A stretch of 59,809 nucleotides of DNA from a virus (taxonomy: Duplodnaviria; Caudoviricetes). The translations under genes were made by a program, and so were the position numbers. Below are positions 27,401 to 36,806 of the stretch, piece after piece. Location: the IMG/VR virus record IMGVR_UViG_3300039307_000389, positions 1 to 59,809 of that record. One strand, 5' to 3'. The notes under the pieces are model-generated. The model searched no databases, was not told where the DNA came from, and saw only the letters and a list, made by a program, of their open reading frames with translations. The stretch's first letter is position 1; each line of letters opens with the position of its first letter.

Positions 27401-29026
27401 GGTCATCTTGTGCTGATCGGGAGTGCTGGGCTGAATGTTGCTCGGCTTGACGATGCGCATCTCGCACAGCGCCACGCCCGCCGCGTAATTGTTCGGCGCC
27501 CACACCTGTGGCGAGCCGGCCCCTAGCGAGAAGTAATCGTACGACGGGTTCGCCGGATCGTTGCCTATGGCCAACCGCAGGCCCATTCCCGGTTGAAACT
27601 TCGTGATGTTCAGGTTTCCGTTTACCTGGAATCCCTGCCACGTGAAGCCATCCACCATGGGAGCCACCACGTAGCGGTAGCCGTCCGCATTCTGGACGAT
27701 CATCGACGCCGTGAAGCCGCCCAACGGGCCAGCGCCCACAATTCCGAGCGAGTCCGCAAACGTCGATTCGTCGCGGTACGCGACCATCAGCGGGGTTGCC
27801 ATGAAGGCGTACAGCGGATTACCGCCGCTGTTGCACCAGATCTCCTGGAGAGTCATTCCCCAGATCGTTTCCGATATGATCGAGGTCGAGGTTACCGAGT
27901 TGCGTCCGAACCCCAGGAAACCCGTGGAGTCATCCTTGATGTAGACGCCCTGCGGGTCCGACTGCTGCCCTCCGAACCATCGCGACATCCCGTGAACCTG
28001 GCAACCGTTCGCGGATTCCAGGTAGTAATCGCAGGACGCCGGATCTCCGCCGGCGGCCGTGACCGCGGCTGCGCTCCGTCCCGACGTGGCCCACGGACAC
28101 CTAACTCCGTCGTTGTAGGTCTTCCAGCATTGCCGGCTAACCCGCCGTTCCGGGTACTGGTTCATTATCTGGAAGAAGCCGTCCGAGCAAGTTACCGGGA
28201 ACAGGGCCGTCCCGTCGCTCACGTAATTCTGAATGACGCCCTTCCATAGTTGAATAAGGATGCCGGAGTTGACGTGAAACAGACACAGGTCGATTTCCGC
28301 GTACTTCAGATCCGTGTCATTGGCGAGCTTCGCCATCACGCGATCCGCGTTGCCGAAAGTGAAGCGGACATTATCCGAAGATCCCTTGATGTCCTGAGAG
28401 ATCAGCACGTCCGAGCCCTGCTCGCCGATGCCGATTAGCCGCGGAACGTACAGTTGGCCGCCGACCGTGACTCGGCGATCCGACAGGTAGATATCCGGCA
28501 CCGCAGACTCACGCACGCGGATATGAATCAGCGGAATAACCTGCTGGACCTCGGAGGCTAGAGCTGAGGAGAGCGCGGTCGATGGGAACCGGACGCAAGT
28601 CGAGGTAATCGCATAGGTCGGCCCTGAAGCGGGAACCTCGATAAAGTTGAACCCCGTCTGACAGGCATTCACGAAGTACTGAACCGAGATCGGCGCGTAC
28701 TCCCACGTTACCGTCACGGGAGTTGTGGTTCCGTTTGGGTTAGGGGCATTGTAGGTGAACGATTTCCAGGCCCCTTGTATTCCCTCCCAGAACGCCATCA
28801 GGGAGTTTCGATCCGCCCTGCTGAGATGCTGCCGGCGGAAAGCGAACTTGCGCGGCCCTGTGCCCGCCAAGAACCGCTGCTCCTGCTTCGCGTCCAAACT
28901 TCCGAAGCGATGGATGATAACCGGGCGATCCTGGCTGAAGCCGTAGTTCTGATCGCCCGTGAGCGGAAATGTGAGTCCCGAACTGACCAAATCCGGAACT
29001 GGTATGCGGCCAATCGTATCGGACAT
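24446..29026 (-). CDS. Tail tip / hub-central fibre fusion protein
   Basis: 1526 aa; N-terminal Dit-like segment; Cys cluster (QCWK..CPW..CDY..C) as in lambda gpL/DUF2163; then a host-specificity-like region. Confidence 0.8.
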   Translation of the reverse strand: MSDTIGRIPVPDLVSSGLTFPLTGDQNYGFSQDRPVIIHRFGSLDAKQEQRFLAGTGPRKFAFRRQHLSRADRNSLMAFWEGIQGAWKSFTYNAPNPNGTTTPVTVTWEYAPISVQYFVNACQTGFNFIEVPASGPTYAITSTCVRFPSTALSSALASEVQQVIPLIHIRVRESAVPDIYLSDRRVTVGGQLYVPRLIGIGEQGSDVLISQDIKGSSDNVRFTFGNADRVMAKLANDTDLKYAEIDLCLFHVNSGILIQLWKGVIQNYVSDGTALFPVTCSDGFFQIMNQYPERRVSRQCWKTYNDGVRCPWATSGRSAAAVTAAGGDPASCDYYLESANGCQVHGMSRWFGGQQSDPQGVYIKDDSTGFLGFGRNSVTSTSIISETIWGMTLQEIWCNSGGNPLYAFMATPLMVAYRDESTFADSLGIVGAGPLGGFTASMIVQNADGYRYVVAPMVDGFTWQGFQVNGNLNITKFQPGMGLRLAIGNDPANPSYDYFSLGAGSPQVWAPNNYAAGVALCEMRIVKPSNIQPSTPDQHKMTVPVDFGLWGWTWDQSGNRTAVKGLINPFWVSVNMLLRALGLYGDPSTGTGPTSAQQLAAFVLSSLVVGDGSGTAEIAAAQVPPVLGGTTVTSYSLTTSGSALSGAQVNYNPDGSYSFQYYDGDGNLNLLSIGDAVSSGYVTATTSTLTETQFQFQGCIASQKPFRDWLTEVLNCGLGFYAWEFGKLKLGCRINASAVDSYTTGNILFQSLRLTPIESAFEHAVVSYADVAYQYQANTAEYCDKSHAAYYGRAGSPLTSQFHLVGCSSLSQGLRWAATRTREEVGGVTPMEWRNARAAAWNTTLLGLSNEVGQVVSLTHPEVPGPRGTCNVSGNTATRVSGDAWTYAGTAQGDTELINKAILINGTQVTITAVASDGSTITTSPAPPAGTGLSFQIITGCFRILKWTLKKDWSVEVQAQTVTASMYDLDVGPKPVDVIPAPMPTLFYQIPLSPAWAPYQIQAAANDALFPGEWTFDTNQSYAQMADGSMLANLLATGKLPVNEFSATGAGGPKIGSISQSATGGSLPANATLRVALCAIDSHGVPSAPSSIAIIGTSGSGTDTFTLNNITWPAVAGLASYVLFVSTQDDLVCAQATGVLTAGANNTYTPGSITFGGPIVRSTWALPSPYVSKIRLKAKHEIHGGVIGGTVESVSANTLVSGYFAAPPPSTNPGWTPVGRVISIIGRPEGATPYFSGTITAWNQSTGAVTVTPDPNGIVEAGDCYCVRFLADASNSANPTSVTDTGCKNNVYPNGMTPGAEVGNLIRVIKGASRGIPPRKITSNTATAVTWDLPMVINPGDVWIIEEPTWPYSVDTTSLDNGNPLAVMTINMPTNNFVDEALVIAGFTIDLNGNESPDGDAPIREDWIFGADGLSKVAGLVFQLQGTLGIESNAAQPLYLNGPVTVGDVKGYVTAAPTGAGVTFTIYVGGVAWLTLTIPAGHTSVVATPDQISALTQIPANTAVSVGITGVGTTFPGSNLSIFIYS

Positions 29027-29035
29027 AGGAGTGAG

Positions 29036-29428
29036 TTATGCGGCTTCGAGTAACTGCACCTGGGGAACGTCCGTCCTGGACAGTCCGGTATTCTGCGACC
29101 AACCGCCCTGAAATCGCACGGTGTACCTGCCCTGCGTAGCGTTTCCCGTAGGGTCGTAGGTTCCTTCGATCAGGTTGTAGAACAGAAATGGGACGGTCCC
29201 TCCCTGCTGACCGTCCCAGAACGTCTTGAGCGCCGCTACCAACGTTGCGTTCAAGCGTTGCGATAAGGTGAACGTCCGGCGCGATGTTTGCGCGAGTTGC
29301 GAGCGCTGGACCGCGCCGTCCTTGTATTCGTTCTGAAGCTGCGCAAACTCACGCGACTCGGAGAACGCCGTGCATAGGGCATACGGCATCACGCCGCTCG
29401 GAACGGCGCTTGCGATGTTAGCTGGCAT
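29036..29428 (-). CDS. Distal tail protein (gpM/DUF2460-like)
   Basis: Follows the tape measure gene; DGAVQRS...RRTFTL...FWDGQQGGTVPFLFY. Confidence 0.75.
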   Translation of the reverse strand: MPANIASAVPSGVMPYALCTAFSESREFAQLQNEYKDGAVQRSQLAQTSRRTFTLSQRLNATLVAALKTFWDGQQGGTVPFLFYNLIEGTYDPTGNATQGRYTVRFQGGWSQNTGLSRTDVPQVQLLEAA

Positions 29429-32400
29429 TTACGACACCATCAATCCGGGAACCTGCATGTTGGCCGACTGCTGCGTGCGGTAGTAGCTCGAACCCTGCGC
29501 GGCCATCGACTGATCCGTAACGAACTCGGGAGTAATCGGCTGCCCGTTGATATTGAGCGCAAATGTCATCCCGGAACCGCCCGCGGTATTCGGACCGCCC
29601 GGCGTGGGATAATTCCCTCCGGAGAGGCCCCCCAACACCGGCAGGTTGCTTTGGAAGGTGTACGGAGTTCCGTTCACGTAGCTCGCCTGCTGATAGAGCC
29701 GTCCGCCCTGCTCCGCCAGGCTGCCCCCCACTGGAGTAGCTGCCGACAGGGGCATCTTCTGTCCGGTCCCTTGCGCGTAGAGTTCAAGCATCTTCCGCAC
29801 GTCGGGATCGCGGACAGCTACGCTTACGGTGTTCGCGTACTTCTGTTGAGCGATGCCTACTATCTGCTTCGCCATCGCCGTGTCGATATTCACCCCGTAG
29901 AGTTGCTTAACGAGGCGTTTGGCCTCATTCTCGGGAGACTCCACGCCGGCGAGCTTCTCCCCGATTCCGATCAGAGCGCCAATCCCTCCGCCGATGGCCG
30001 CTCCGAGCCAGCCGCCCTGCTGGAAGCCGATAGCGGCCCCTCCAGCGGTCCCCATGGCAATCCCGCCCCAAGTACCGCGGCTGGACCCAAGTAGGCCCTG
30101 CTGGGCAAGCATCGAGCCGCCGGCGAACAGCGCCGCCCCGGCCATGCCATTTACTCCGGTGATCTTGCCGTTTCCGGTCTGGACATCGCTTCCGTCTTCG
30201 TCCGTTCCGTAGGTGGGCGCGCCGTGCGTCAGACCTCCCCACTTGATGCTCTTGAAGTTCTTGAGCATCCCCGCCAGGCCGCCACCGCCGGACCCACTGG
30301 CGCCTCCGTTAGAGTTGCTCGGCAGGAACGGCGGAGTCGCCGCGCTGCCCTGTCCGCCACCGCCAAGGATCATGGAAAGCGGAGAGCCACCACCGGCCGA
30401 CGCCCCGCGAGAACTACCTCCGCCGAAGATCGCTGGAAGCGAGAAACCGCCCGCCCCTCCGCCCGCGATTGCCGGAGCGGAAATGGACGGAACCGAAAGG
30501 CCGCCGATCCCGGCCGGAGCCGCCACCGCCGGCGCACCCATACCTAGGCCGCCGGCGATGATCGCCGTCAGCGTAGCCAGCGCCATGGAGTTTTGAGCCG
30601 TCACGGTAGTATTCAAGTCGGTAGCGACCTTCATCGGGTCCTGCTTGCCACCGAACGCGCCCTTGAATAGCCCGGCGATACCCCCCTGCCCGTCCGCGCC
30701 AAAGATCACCGGCTTCAACACATTCGCTGTTATGTTGGACAAACCTTCCGTGATGGGCTTCAAGATCGCCGCATGAAGCGTGGAACTGAGTTGCTTCCCG
30801 AACTCCTGGGGTTTCGTCAGCAGCGTGTTCCACAGCCCGGCAGATTCCTTGGCAATTTCGTCAAACTGTTGCTTCTGGATTTCCACGGCCTTTAATACTC
30901 GGTCTTCGTGCGCATCGTCTATCTGGCGCTGTAATTCCCCCTCCGCCTTCAATGCGTCGATCTTGAGATTGTTAAGCACGGAATCCCGCTGGCGCCGTTC
31001 CTCCGGGGTGTTGCCCGGAAGAGTTCCGGCGTCCATGATCTGCCGATTGATCCGCGCGACGGCTTGATCGTGCTGTATCTGTGCCGCGGATACCCGTAGC
31101 TGCTCCACCGTAGCCGCTGTTCCCAACTGACCTCCAGGGGTCCTTAGTCCCGACGCCTCGGTAATTTTGATTTGCCGCTGGATCGCATCGCGATCATGGC
31201 GTTCTTGCTCGCCCGCCCTTGCATCATCCAGCTTCCGGGAGTTCTCGTAGTTCGCCTTCGCGGTCCTGTCCTCCTCATCGCGCTGCTGCTTCGCTAGATC
31301 AATCAACTCCACGCGGCGCTTGGTTTCCGCGTCGAGGGCGGCCAGGGCAAAGTTCTTAGTGGCTTCTATTCGGGCGCGCTCAATCTCACCCTGGGTAGCG
31401 TTCGCATCTCGAAGATCCTGAATGTGATGCTCCGCCAAGTCGGCTTGTGCTTGGGCGAGTTGCATGGCCGAGCGGTACTCGGCATCTATATCCTCCGCAC
31501 CGAACTGCGCTCCGGAGGCGCGCCGTTCAGCCTGAAAGACCGTCTGGCCGCCGCGAATCCTCGCCTCCGCCAGGGAATTATCAGCGCTGAACTGCGCATT
31601 CGCTGTTTGGCGATGTTCCTCCTTTTGGAAGCGCTCTACTTCCGCGTCTCGAATTTGCTTTGCGAGCGCGGCATTCACGGCGTTTAGTTGCAATTCCTCC
31701 CGCAGATGACGAAGGCGCTCATCGTACGCGGCGTTAATTTTGTCTAACCCGTTCAGTTCACCTTCCTGCGCTCTCGCCAATTCGCGGCGCAATTCCTCTG
31801 TGGTGTTCGCAGAAGCGCTTCCCAGCGCGTCGTGTTTCCCTGTAAGGGCCTGGTGTTCGGTACGCAGGCTCGCTAGGTCGGCCTGATCGTTGAGTTGGGT
31901 AGCAACGCCCTTCAGCATCGCCAGGCGCGCGGCGCGCTCCTGCGGGTTATCATCCTGCTGGAAGATCGTTCCCTTGCCGGCGGGTTGCGGGGTTTGGGCT
32001 TGCTTGATCCAGGCGTTAACCTGCTTCAGCGCGTTATCGCGCTCCTGCGCTATCGCCGCGCCCCAATCGTCCTGCGCTTTCTTTGCGGCATCTTTGGTCG
32101 TAGCCGCGTGAACGTTAGAGCTTCCCGTGTAGTTGATGTCGTTGAGCTTGGCCTGATACTTCTTGGCCCAGTCTTCTATGTCTCCCGTGCCCTGCACGCC
32201 CATGAACCAGTTAATGACGCCGCCGACGTGGTTTTCCTTTATGAGTTTCGCCAGGCTGTCGGCGTCTTTGTTGAGAGACTGCGCCAGTTCATCGGCGTTG
32301 ATCCGGGCATCGTTGAGCGCCTCCGCCAATAGGTTCTGGGGCTTATGCTCCAACTTGGCGATGCTGTTCTCCAAGTTGGTGTTCTCCCGGCTGAGTTCAT

Positions 32401-33079
32401 CGTTGACCTTCTGAGTCTCGATGTTCAGCGAGTTGAAGGCCATCTCGATCTTGTGCGGCTGTTCCCCGATCTGCTTGAACTGGTTGACAAGTTCGACCAC
32501 CTTTTTGACGGCCTGATCGATGATCTCCACCAGCCCTATGAGGGCGAATGCCCCAAAGGCCGCGCTCATCACAGGCCCGACACCGCTCAATTCCGCGAGG
32601 AAGCCGCGCAACGCACGCGGAACGTGGACACCGATCTCCTGGCCCATCAGGGCCAAGGAACCGCGAGCCATCTGGGAATCATCCGAGATTTTCTTCAGGC
32701 CGTCCGCGCCGCCCTTCAAAGACTCAGCGGCGATCAGCTTCTCGTACGATCTCGTAATCGCATCGACGGCGGACTGCTCCTTTTGCCACCGAGCTATCAA
32801 CTGATCGCGCTCGGCCACCAGGCGCTCCACGCCGGTCTTTCCCGCTATCTGCGCTTGGCGCTCCATGGACTGGAGAAGTCGGTCCAGGGACGTTTTGCTC
32901 CGGTCGCTGACTCGCACGACCGTTCCTCCCAGAACCTCCCATTCCTTGCCCGTGCGGTCCAGGACCGTCTTCACCTTCTGCTCGTGTCCATCGAGCGCGG
33001 TGTTCGCGCGATCTACCGCCGCGACTGCGGGCCGTTCATCGAGGTTTATTACCCCGTCGGCCATCATGTTGTTTCCCAT
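29429..33079 (-). CDS. Tail tape measure protein
   Basis: 1216 aa, Ala/Gln helical, hydrophobic Gly-rich segments, canonical position. Confidence 0.9.
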   Translation of the reverse strand: MGNNMMADGVINLDERPAVAAVDRANTALDGHEQKVKTVLDRTGKEWEVLGGTVVRVSDRSKTSLDRLLQSMERQAQIAGKTGVERLVAERDQLIARWQKEQSAVDAITRSYEKLIAAESLKGGADGLKKISDDSQMARGSLALMGQEIGVHVPRALRGFLAELSGVGPVMSAAFGAFALIGLVEIIDQAVKKVVELVNQFKQIGEQPHKIEMAFNSLNIETQKVNDELSRENTNLENSIAKLEHKPQNLLAEALNDARINADELAQSLNKDADSLAKLIKENHVGGVINWFMGVQGTGDIEDWAKKYQAKLNDINYTGSSNVHAATTKDAAKKAQDDWGAAIAQERDNALKQVNAWIKQAQTPQPAGKGTIFQQDDNPQERAARLAMLKGVATQLNDQADLASLRTEHQALTGKHDALGSASANTTEELRRELARAQEGELNGLDKINAAYDERLRHLREELQLNAVNAALAKQIRDAEVERFQKEEHRQTANAQFSADNSLAEARIRGGQTVFQAERRASGAQFGAEDIDAEYRSAMQLAQAQADLAEHHIQDLRDANATQGEIERARIEATKNFALAALDAETKRRVELIDLAKQQRDEEDRTAKANYENSRKLDDARAGEQERHDRDAIQRQIKITEASGLRTPGGQLGTAATVEQLRVSAAQIQHDQAVARINRQIMDAGTLPGNTPEERRQRDSVLNNLKIDALKAEGELQRQIDDAHEDRVLKAVEIQKQQFDEIAKESAGLWNTLLTKPQEFGKQLSSTLHAAILKPITEGLSNITANVLKPVIFGADGQGGIAGLFKGAFGGKQDPMKVATDLNTTVTAQNSMALATLTAIIAGGLGMGAPAVAAPAGIGGLSVPSISAPAIAGGGAGGFSLPAIFGGGSSRGASAGGGSPLSMILGGGGQGSAATPPFLPSNSNGGASGSGGGGLAGMLKNFKSIKWGGLTHGAPTYGTDEDGSDVQTGNGKITGVNGMAGAALFAGGSMLAQQGLLGSSRGTWGGIAMGTAGGAAIGFQQGGWLGAAIGGGIGALIGIGEKLAGVESPENEAKRLVKQLYGVNIDTAMAKQIVGIAQQKYANTVSVAVRDPDVRKMLELYAQGTGQKMPLSAATPVGGSLAEQGGRLYQQASYVNGTPYTFQSNLPVLGGLSGGNYPTPGGPNTAGGSGMTFALNINGQPITPEFVTDQSMAAQGSSYYRTQQSANMQVPGLMVS

Positions 33080-33550
33080 TTACGCCGCGCTCCTGGAAAT
33101 TACAATTCGTTGCCCTGCGCTCGATTCCATGACGGTCGCGAGCTTTTTCCCCGCCACTATCTCTTCACCGACTATCCGGCCGATCTTCACCTGATCCTCC
33201 GGCGAGAACCAAAAAGCGGGATCTCGCGACTGGTTCATAGCTGCGATACGAGACGCCCGGGGATTGTCGAACCCGATGCGTACCCGGCTGGCCCTGGCAC
33301 TCACTACCCGCATCGCCCGCAGGGTGTTTCCGGTGAGATCGAGGTCGCGCACCGGAGGACGGCCCTTGGCTTTCTTGATGTAGAAATAGCGCTGGTAGCG
33401 CTTTCCCTTGGTGCTGAGAGCCTTGGCCGGAGCGTCGTTAACATTGACCGCCCGAGCGATGCGCGGTTTCACAACCTCGACAATTACGCGATTGCCGATC
33501 TTGGTCATTTGTTCAGCCGAGAAAGGACGGTACACAAAGCGAGCGCTCAT
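33080..33550 (-). CDS. Basic virion morphogenesis / tail completion-like protein
   Basis: RDLDLTGNTLRAM...VRIGF...FWFS pattern. Confidence 0.6.
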   Translation of the reverse strand: MSARFVYRPFSAEQMTKIGNRVIVEVVKPRIARAVNVNDAPAKALSTKGKRYQRYFYIKKAKGRPPVRDLDLTGNTLRAMRVVSARASRVRIGFDNPRASRIAAMNQSRDPAFWFSPEDQVKIGRIVGEEIVAGKKLATVMESSAGQRIVISRSAA

Positions 33551-33552
33551 AG

Positions 33553-34050
33553 TTATCCTCCCCGCCGCATTTTTTCCAGTAGCCGAAGTTGGCGAGCCTC
33601 CTCGGGGGTGACACGATCCGAGTCCGCTTGCTCGCGCTTGAAACGGTCGCGTTCTTCTTTGATTACCTGGAGTCCCCTGACTTCCTCCGCTGTGATCTCG
33701 CCCCATGACACGGCGAAGTGCTCTACGTCGAACTCCAACTCCAGGACTCGCTCAAACAAACGGCCCGCATTGGAGTGGGAGCGCACCCACTCCAATTCGC
33801 TCATCGGGCAGTGATCGCAACGGTTGATGGTGCAGTTACGGTCGCCGCACTCTGGGCAGCTTCCGGGGGCCGTGGTGTCGTCTACCTCACGGACCTTCCC
33901 GCACTTCTGGCACGTCACTTCGTTGGCGTCGGGGCATCCGCGAGGGCCGTCCTCGCCGCCGTCGCACAGTTCATGCGCGCGGAGCGAGCGGTAAACCAGC
34001 AACCGGAGAGGGACCGGGCTAGGCCACCCGTCCGGCGCTAGGAGTTTGGG
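33553..34050 (-). CDS. Tail assembly chaperone, frameshifted (gpGT-like) C-terminal part
   Basis: The -1 frame is open from the slippery site C CCA AAC (34050-34044) into LLVYRS...; Cys-rich. Confidence 0.75.
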   Translation of the reverse strand, partial: PKLLAPDGWPSPVPLRLLVYRSLRAHELCDGGEDGPRGCPDANEVTCQKCGKVREVDDTTAPGSCPECGDRNCTINRCDHCPMSELEWVRSHSNAGRLFERVLELEFDVEHFAVSWGEITAEEVRGLQVIKEERDRFKREQADSDRVTPEEARQLRLLEKMRRGG

Positions 34051-34679
34051 TCAAGCGCCGGGTCCAGGTCATCGATAGCCTGAACGAGTTCCACAACGAC
34101 GGCGGACTTGTGGTTTGGCGGAACGTCCTGAGGCTTGAACGTCGGGGCGTAGCCTTCGATCTTCGATACAACCGAATCGTAGATCGACACGGCCGGCTCG
34201 ACACGGTAGCGCAACTCTTCTTGGCCGTGCGGAAGGTCCGTTGCGGACACCACCGTGCGGCGGTAAACCGTGATGTCGCGCTGCATCGGGATGCGGAGCG
34301 TGTGGACCGTCTCTCCGAAGGGCGTCTTCACTTTGATCTGGTACTCGTCTCCGACGCGCTGGCAGTCCGTGACCTCGCAGTACGTGAGCTTCGAGATGGC
34401 GTTGGCCGCCTCATACTCATCGAACTCGGGACCGCCCTTGTCCTGGCGGATCTTGTTGAACAGGTCCAGTTCGGCTTTCAGGTTCGGAACGAACTCAGTC
34501 TGCGACTTCCGGCGCCCGATAGTGCGGCGGATCGACTTCTGCTGGTCCAGGCGCTCCAGCATTTGCGCGTTCGTGGGAAGTCCCAGGACGGCCGTCTTGG
34601 GGGGATTGGCGACTTTGACAGTGACGCCTTTCAATTCCACGTCTTCAATCTTGACTACTGGCAATTCTCCGTACAGCAT
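34038..34679 (-). CDS. Tail assembly chaperone (gpG-like)
   Basis: Lies between the major tail and tape measure genes; ends DPNS* over the slippery heptamer. Confidence 0.8.
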   Translation of the reverse strand: MLYGELPVVKIEDVELKGVTVKVANPPKTAVLGLPTNAQMLERLDQQKSIRRTIGRRKSQTEFVPNLKAELDLFNKIRQDKGGPEFDEYEAANAISKLTYCEVTDCQRVGDEYQIKVKTPFGETVHTLRIPMQRDITVYRRTVVSATDLPHGQEELRYRVEPAVSIYDSVVSKIEGYAPTFKPQDVPPNHKSAVVVELVQAIDDLDPALDPNS

Positions 34680-34707
34680 TTTCGTATCCTCTTTTTGGTT
34701 TTGGTTT

Positions 34708-34764
34708 GGAAAGACAAAGGCGCCGGACCCTCATTTGCACGGAGGAGTGCATCAGGTCCGGCGC
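34708..34764 (-). terminator. Intrinsic terminator after the major tail gene
   Basis: GCGCCGGACC...GGTCCGGCGC stem followed by TTTGTCTTT. Confidence 0.55.
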
Positions 34765-34794
34765 GGGCTTTATGGGCCTATCGTTAGGCAGCAA

Positions 34795-35805
34795 CTACTG
34801 GGCGATACCGCCGATTCCGCACTGCGTGGTGACAGTCAGCACGCCGAGCGTGGCATCGTACTGAGGAGCGCCCGTGACCGTCACGGCGACAATGCCATCA
34901 CCCTCGCCGTTCTCTGCCACCTGGAACGCCATCTTCTGGAACGTGAACGTCACCTGGTTTCCGGAATCGTGCTGCACGTTGAGCACGGCAGTTCCGGTGG
35001 TTTGCGCCACGAGCGTGTTGTACTCGGTCGATCCGTGGAGCAGGCGGGCCATGAACTGGAAGCTCGGAACGCGCGCCCCGATCTCCATACGGCCGCGAAC
35101 TTGGAGGCCATTCTGAAGACCGGAGCCAGGGAAGAATCCGGCATTCAGTAGGAGGTTGTTCTTCCAGCCCACCGATCCGGACAGAATGCGCTTCGTTGCG
35201 ACGTAATCCACGCCGTTGACCGTCAGGGCCATCGACGCCGCGAGCATGTTGTTCTCGGTCGTCAGCGCCGGCACGGTAATTCCGGACGGGGTTGTGAGCA
35301 GTCCGGACCCCACCCAATTGACCGTCATCTTGGACGACGTGCGCCCCGGCCCGTAGCTGAACTGATAGAGGAAATCCTCCACCGCGCAGCCGACGAGCAT
35401 GTTGTCCACCGCGCTCGCGCCGCCCTCCGCTACCTGCTCCACGACGGAGAAGTAGGGCAGTTCCAGGGTTGTTCCCGGATCGATGGGAGTGATGGTGTAG
35501 GAGTAAGGCGCGGACGAACCGACCACGGCTACGTTGCCGAGCCCATACGCCGCGGCCCACGTGACAAACTCCGCCGAGGCGTACTTTTCGAGCTTGTTCG
35601 CCACCTCGTAATGCGAGGGGAAAGTCTGAGTGATGAACTCATGGCCCTTACCGATTTCCGCCGCATCGTTCTCGAAGATCGGCCGCGGAGTCGTCAGATC
35701 CGCGTTGATCTTTTTGAAGCGCAGAAACGTGGACCCGGCGGCGGAGATACTGGCTTGCTTCCCCTTGCCGAGCCCGAGAATCAACTGTTGAACTCTCGCT
35801 GCCAT
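34795..35805 (-). CDS. Major tail tube protein
   Basis: 336 aa, beta-rich, canonical position. Confidence 0.8.
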   Translation of the reverse strand: MAARVQQLILGLGKGKQASISAAGSTFLRFKKINADLTTPRPIFENDAAEIGKGHEFITQTFPSHYEVANKLEKYASAEFVTWAAAYGLGNVAVVGSSAPYSYTITPIDPGTTLELPYFSVVEQVAEGGASAVDNMLVGCAVEDFLYQFSYGPGRTSSKMTVNWVGSGLLTTPSGITVPALTTENNMLAASMALTVNGVDYVATKRILSGSVGWKNNLLLNAGFFPGSGLQNGLQVRGRMEIGARVPSFQFMARLLHGSTEYNTLVAQTTGTAVLNVQHDSGNQVTFTFQKMAFQVAENGEGDGIVAVTVTGAPQYDATLGVLTVTTQCGIGGIAQ

Positions 35806-35808
35806 CGT

Positions 35809-35940
35809 CTACTCCTTATCCGGGTCCGCCGGCTTGATCTGTTGATAGCCCTGCACCATGTAGGGCACGAGGGCAGCGGGAGTCGCTTCGACCTCTACCG
35901 TGTCCTTTGTATGCGGGTGTTGAAGTGTAACCTTTTCCAT
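35809..35940 (-). CDS. Small hypothetical protein (43 aa)
   Basis: Read by hand: MEKVTLQHP...DPDKE with AGGGG RBS. Confidence 0.6.
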   Translation of the reverse strand: MEKVTLQHPHTKDTVEVEATPAALVPYMVQGYQQIKPADPDKE

Positions 35941-35958
35941 TGATCCCCTTTCAGGGCG

Positions 35959-36450
35959 TTAGTTGTCGCCCACCTCGGGGATTACAAACTCCCCGCGGAA
36001 AATGTCCATTCGGTCTTCATCGAGCAGATGGGCAACGCTCGGAGTGTCCATGATGTCTAATTCAGGGAGAATGTTGAGGTATCGGATATTTACGCCCTTC
36101 CCGTTCGGAGGCCGGTTACACACCGTCCACCACAGGTCCTCGTATCCCACCGGATCATTACTTCCCGCCATGTTGCCCATCCGAAAATACACGGCGATGC
36201 GATGCTTGAAAATCGTGGAGGCGTCGAAATTACCGCCCTCTGTTCCTTCCCAGGTCACCAGGATCGACGGGGCGGGCATCTTGAACACCACCTCCATCAG
36301 GCGGCTATCAGAGCCGAGACGGTAATGGAACGCCGCGATCCGAACAGTTGCGTTACCCCCTGCATCCGTCACCGTCATCGCCGTGGCGAGTTCCGGTATG
36401 TTCTGCAATACGGCCGTCACCGCGTCCGTGATGAGCTTGGGATTCAGCAT
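35959..36450 (-). CDS. Tail terminator / completion protein
   Basis: Position upstream of the major tail gene; size 163 aa. Confidence 0.6.
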   Translation of the reverse strand: MLNPKLITDAVTAVLQNIPELATAMTVTDAGGNATVRIAAFHYRLGSDSRLMEVVFKMPAPSILVTWEGTEGGNFDASTIFKHRIAVYFRMGNMAGSNDPVGYEDLWWTVCNRPPNGKGVNIRYLNILPELDIMDTPSVAHLLDEDRMDIFRGEFVIPEVGDN

Positions 36451-36761
36451 TAAGTGATCCTCAGTTTCAGCGTTACGCCAGTTCCCGTACTGCCTGCCAG
36501 CAGATCCGCCACAACGTATGCGGTTCCGTTGTAAGTCACCTGATCGCCGCGGCGCGGAGTCGGAGAAATGGATGCCGAGTCAACCCACAGATACATCACC
36601 GCCGGGTCCGGCCCGAAGTTGGCGGGTAGAGTCGGAACTCCGGTAATACTTTGAGCGGGCAACCATCCCCCCGATCCGTCCTGGGGGATAAACGTGGCCG
36701 GTTCCCCGAACGCAGCGATCATCGCCGCATTCCCGGTAGCTTCGAGCGAGTTCCAGTCCAT
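36450..36761 (-). CDS. Head-tail joining protein (gpFII-like)
   Basis: AFGEPATF...PRRGDQVTYNGTAYVV. Confidence 0.7.
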   Translation of the reverse strand: MDWNSLEATGNAAMIAAFGEPATFIPQDGSGGWLPAQSITGVPTLPANFGPDPAVMYLWVDSASISPTPRRGDQVTYNGTAYVVADLLAGSTGTGVTLKLRIT

Positions 36762-36806
36762 GTGAGTAGGTTGAGTGGGGGCAGCCGTAGCCGCCCCCAA
36801 GTTCAG

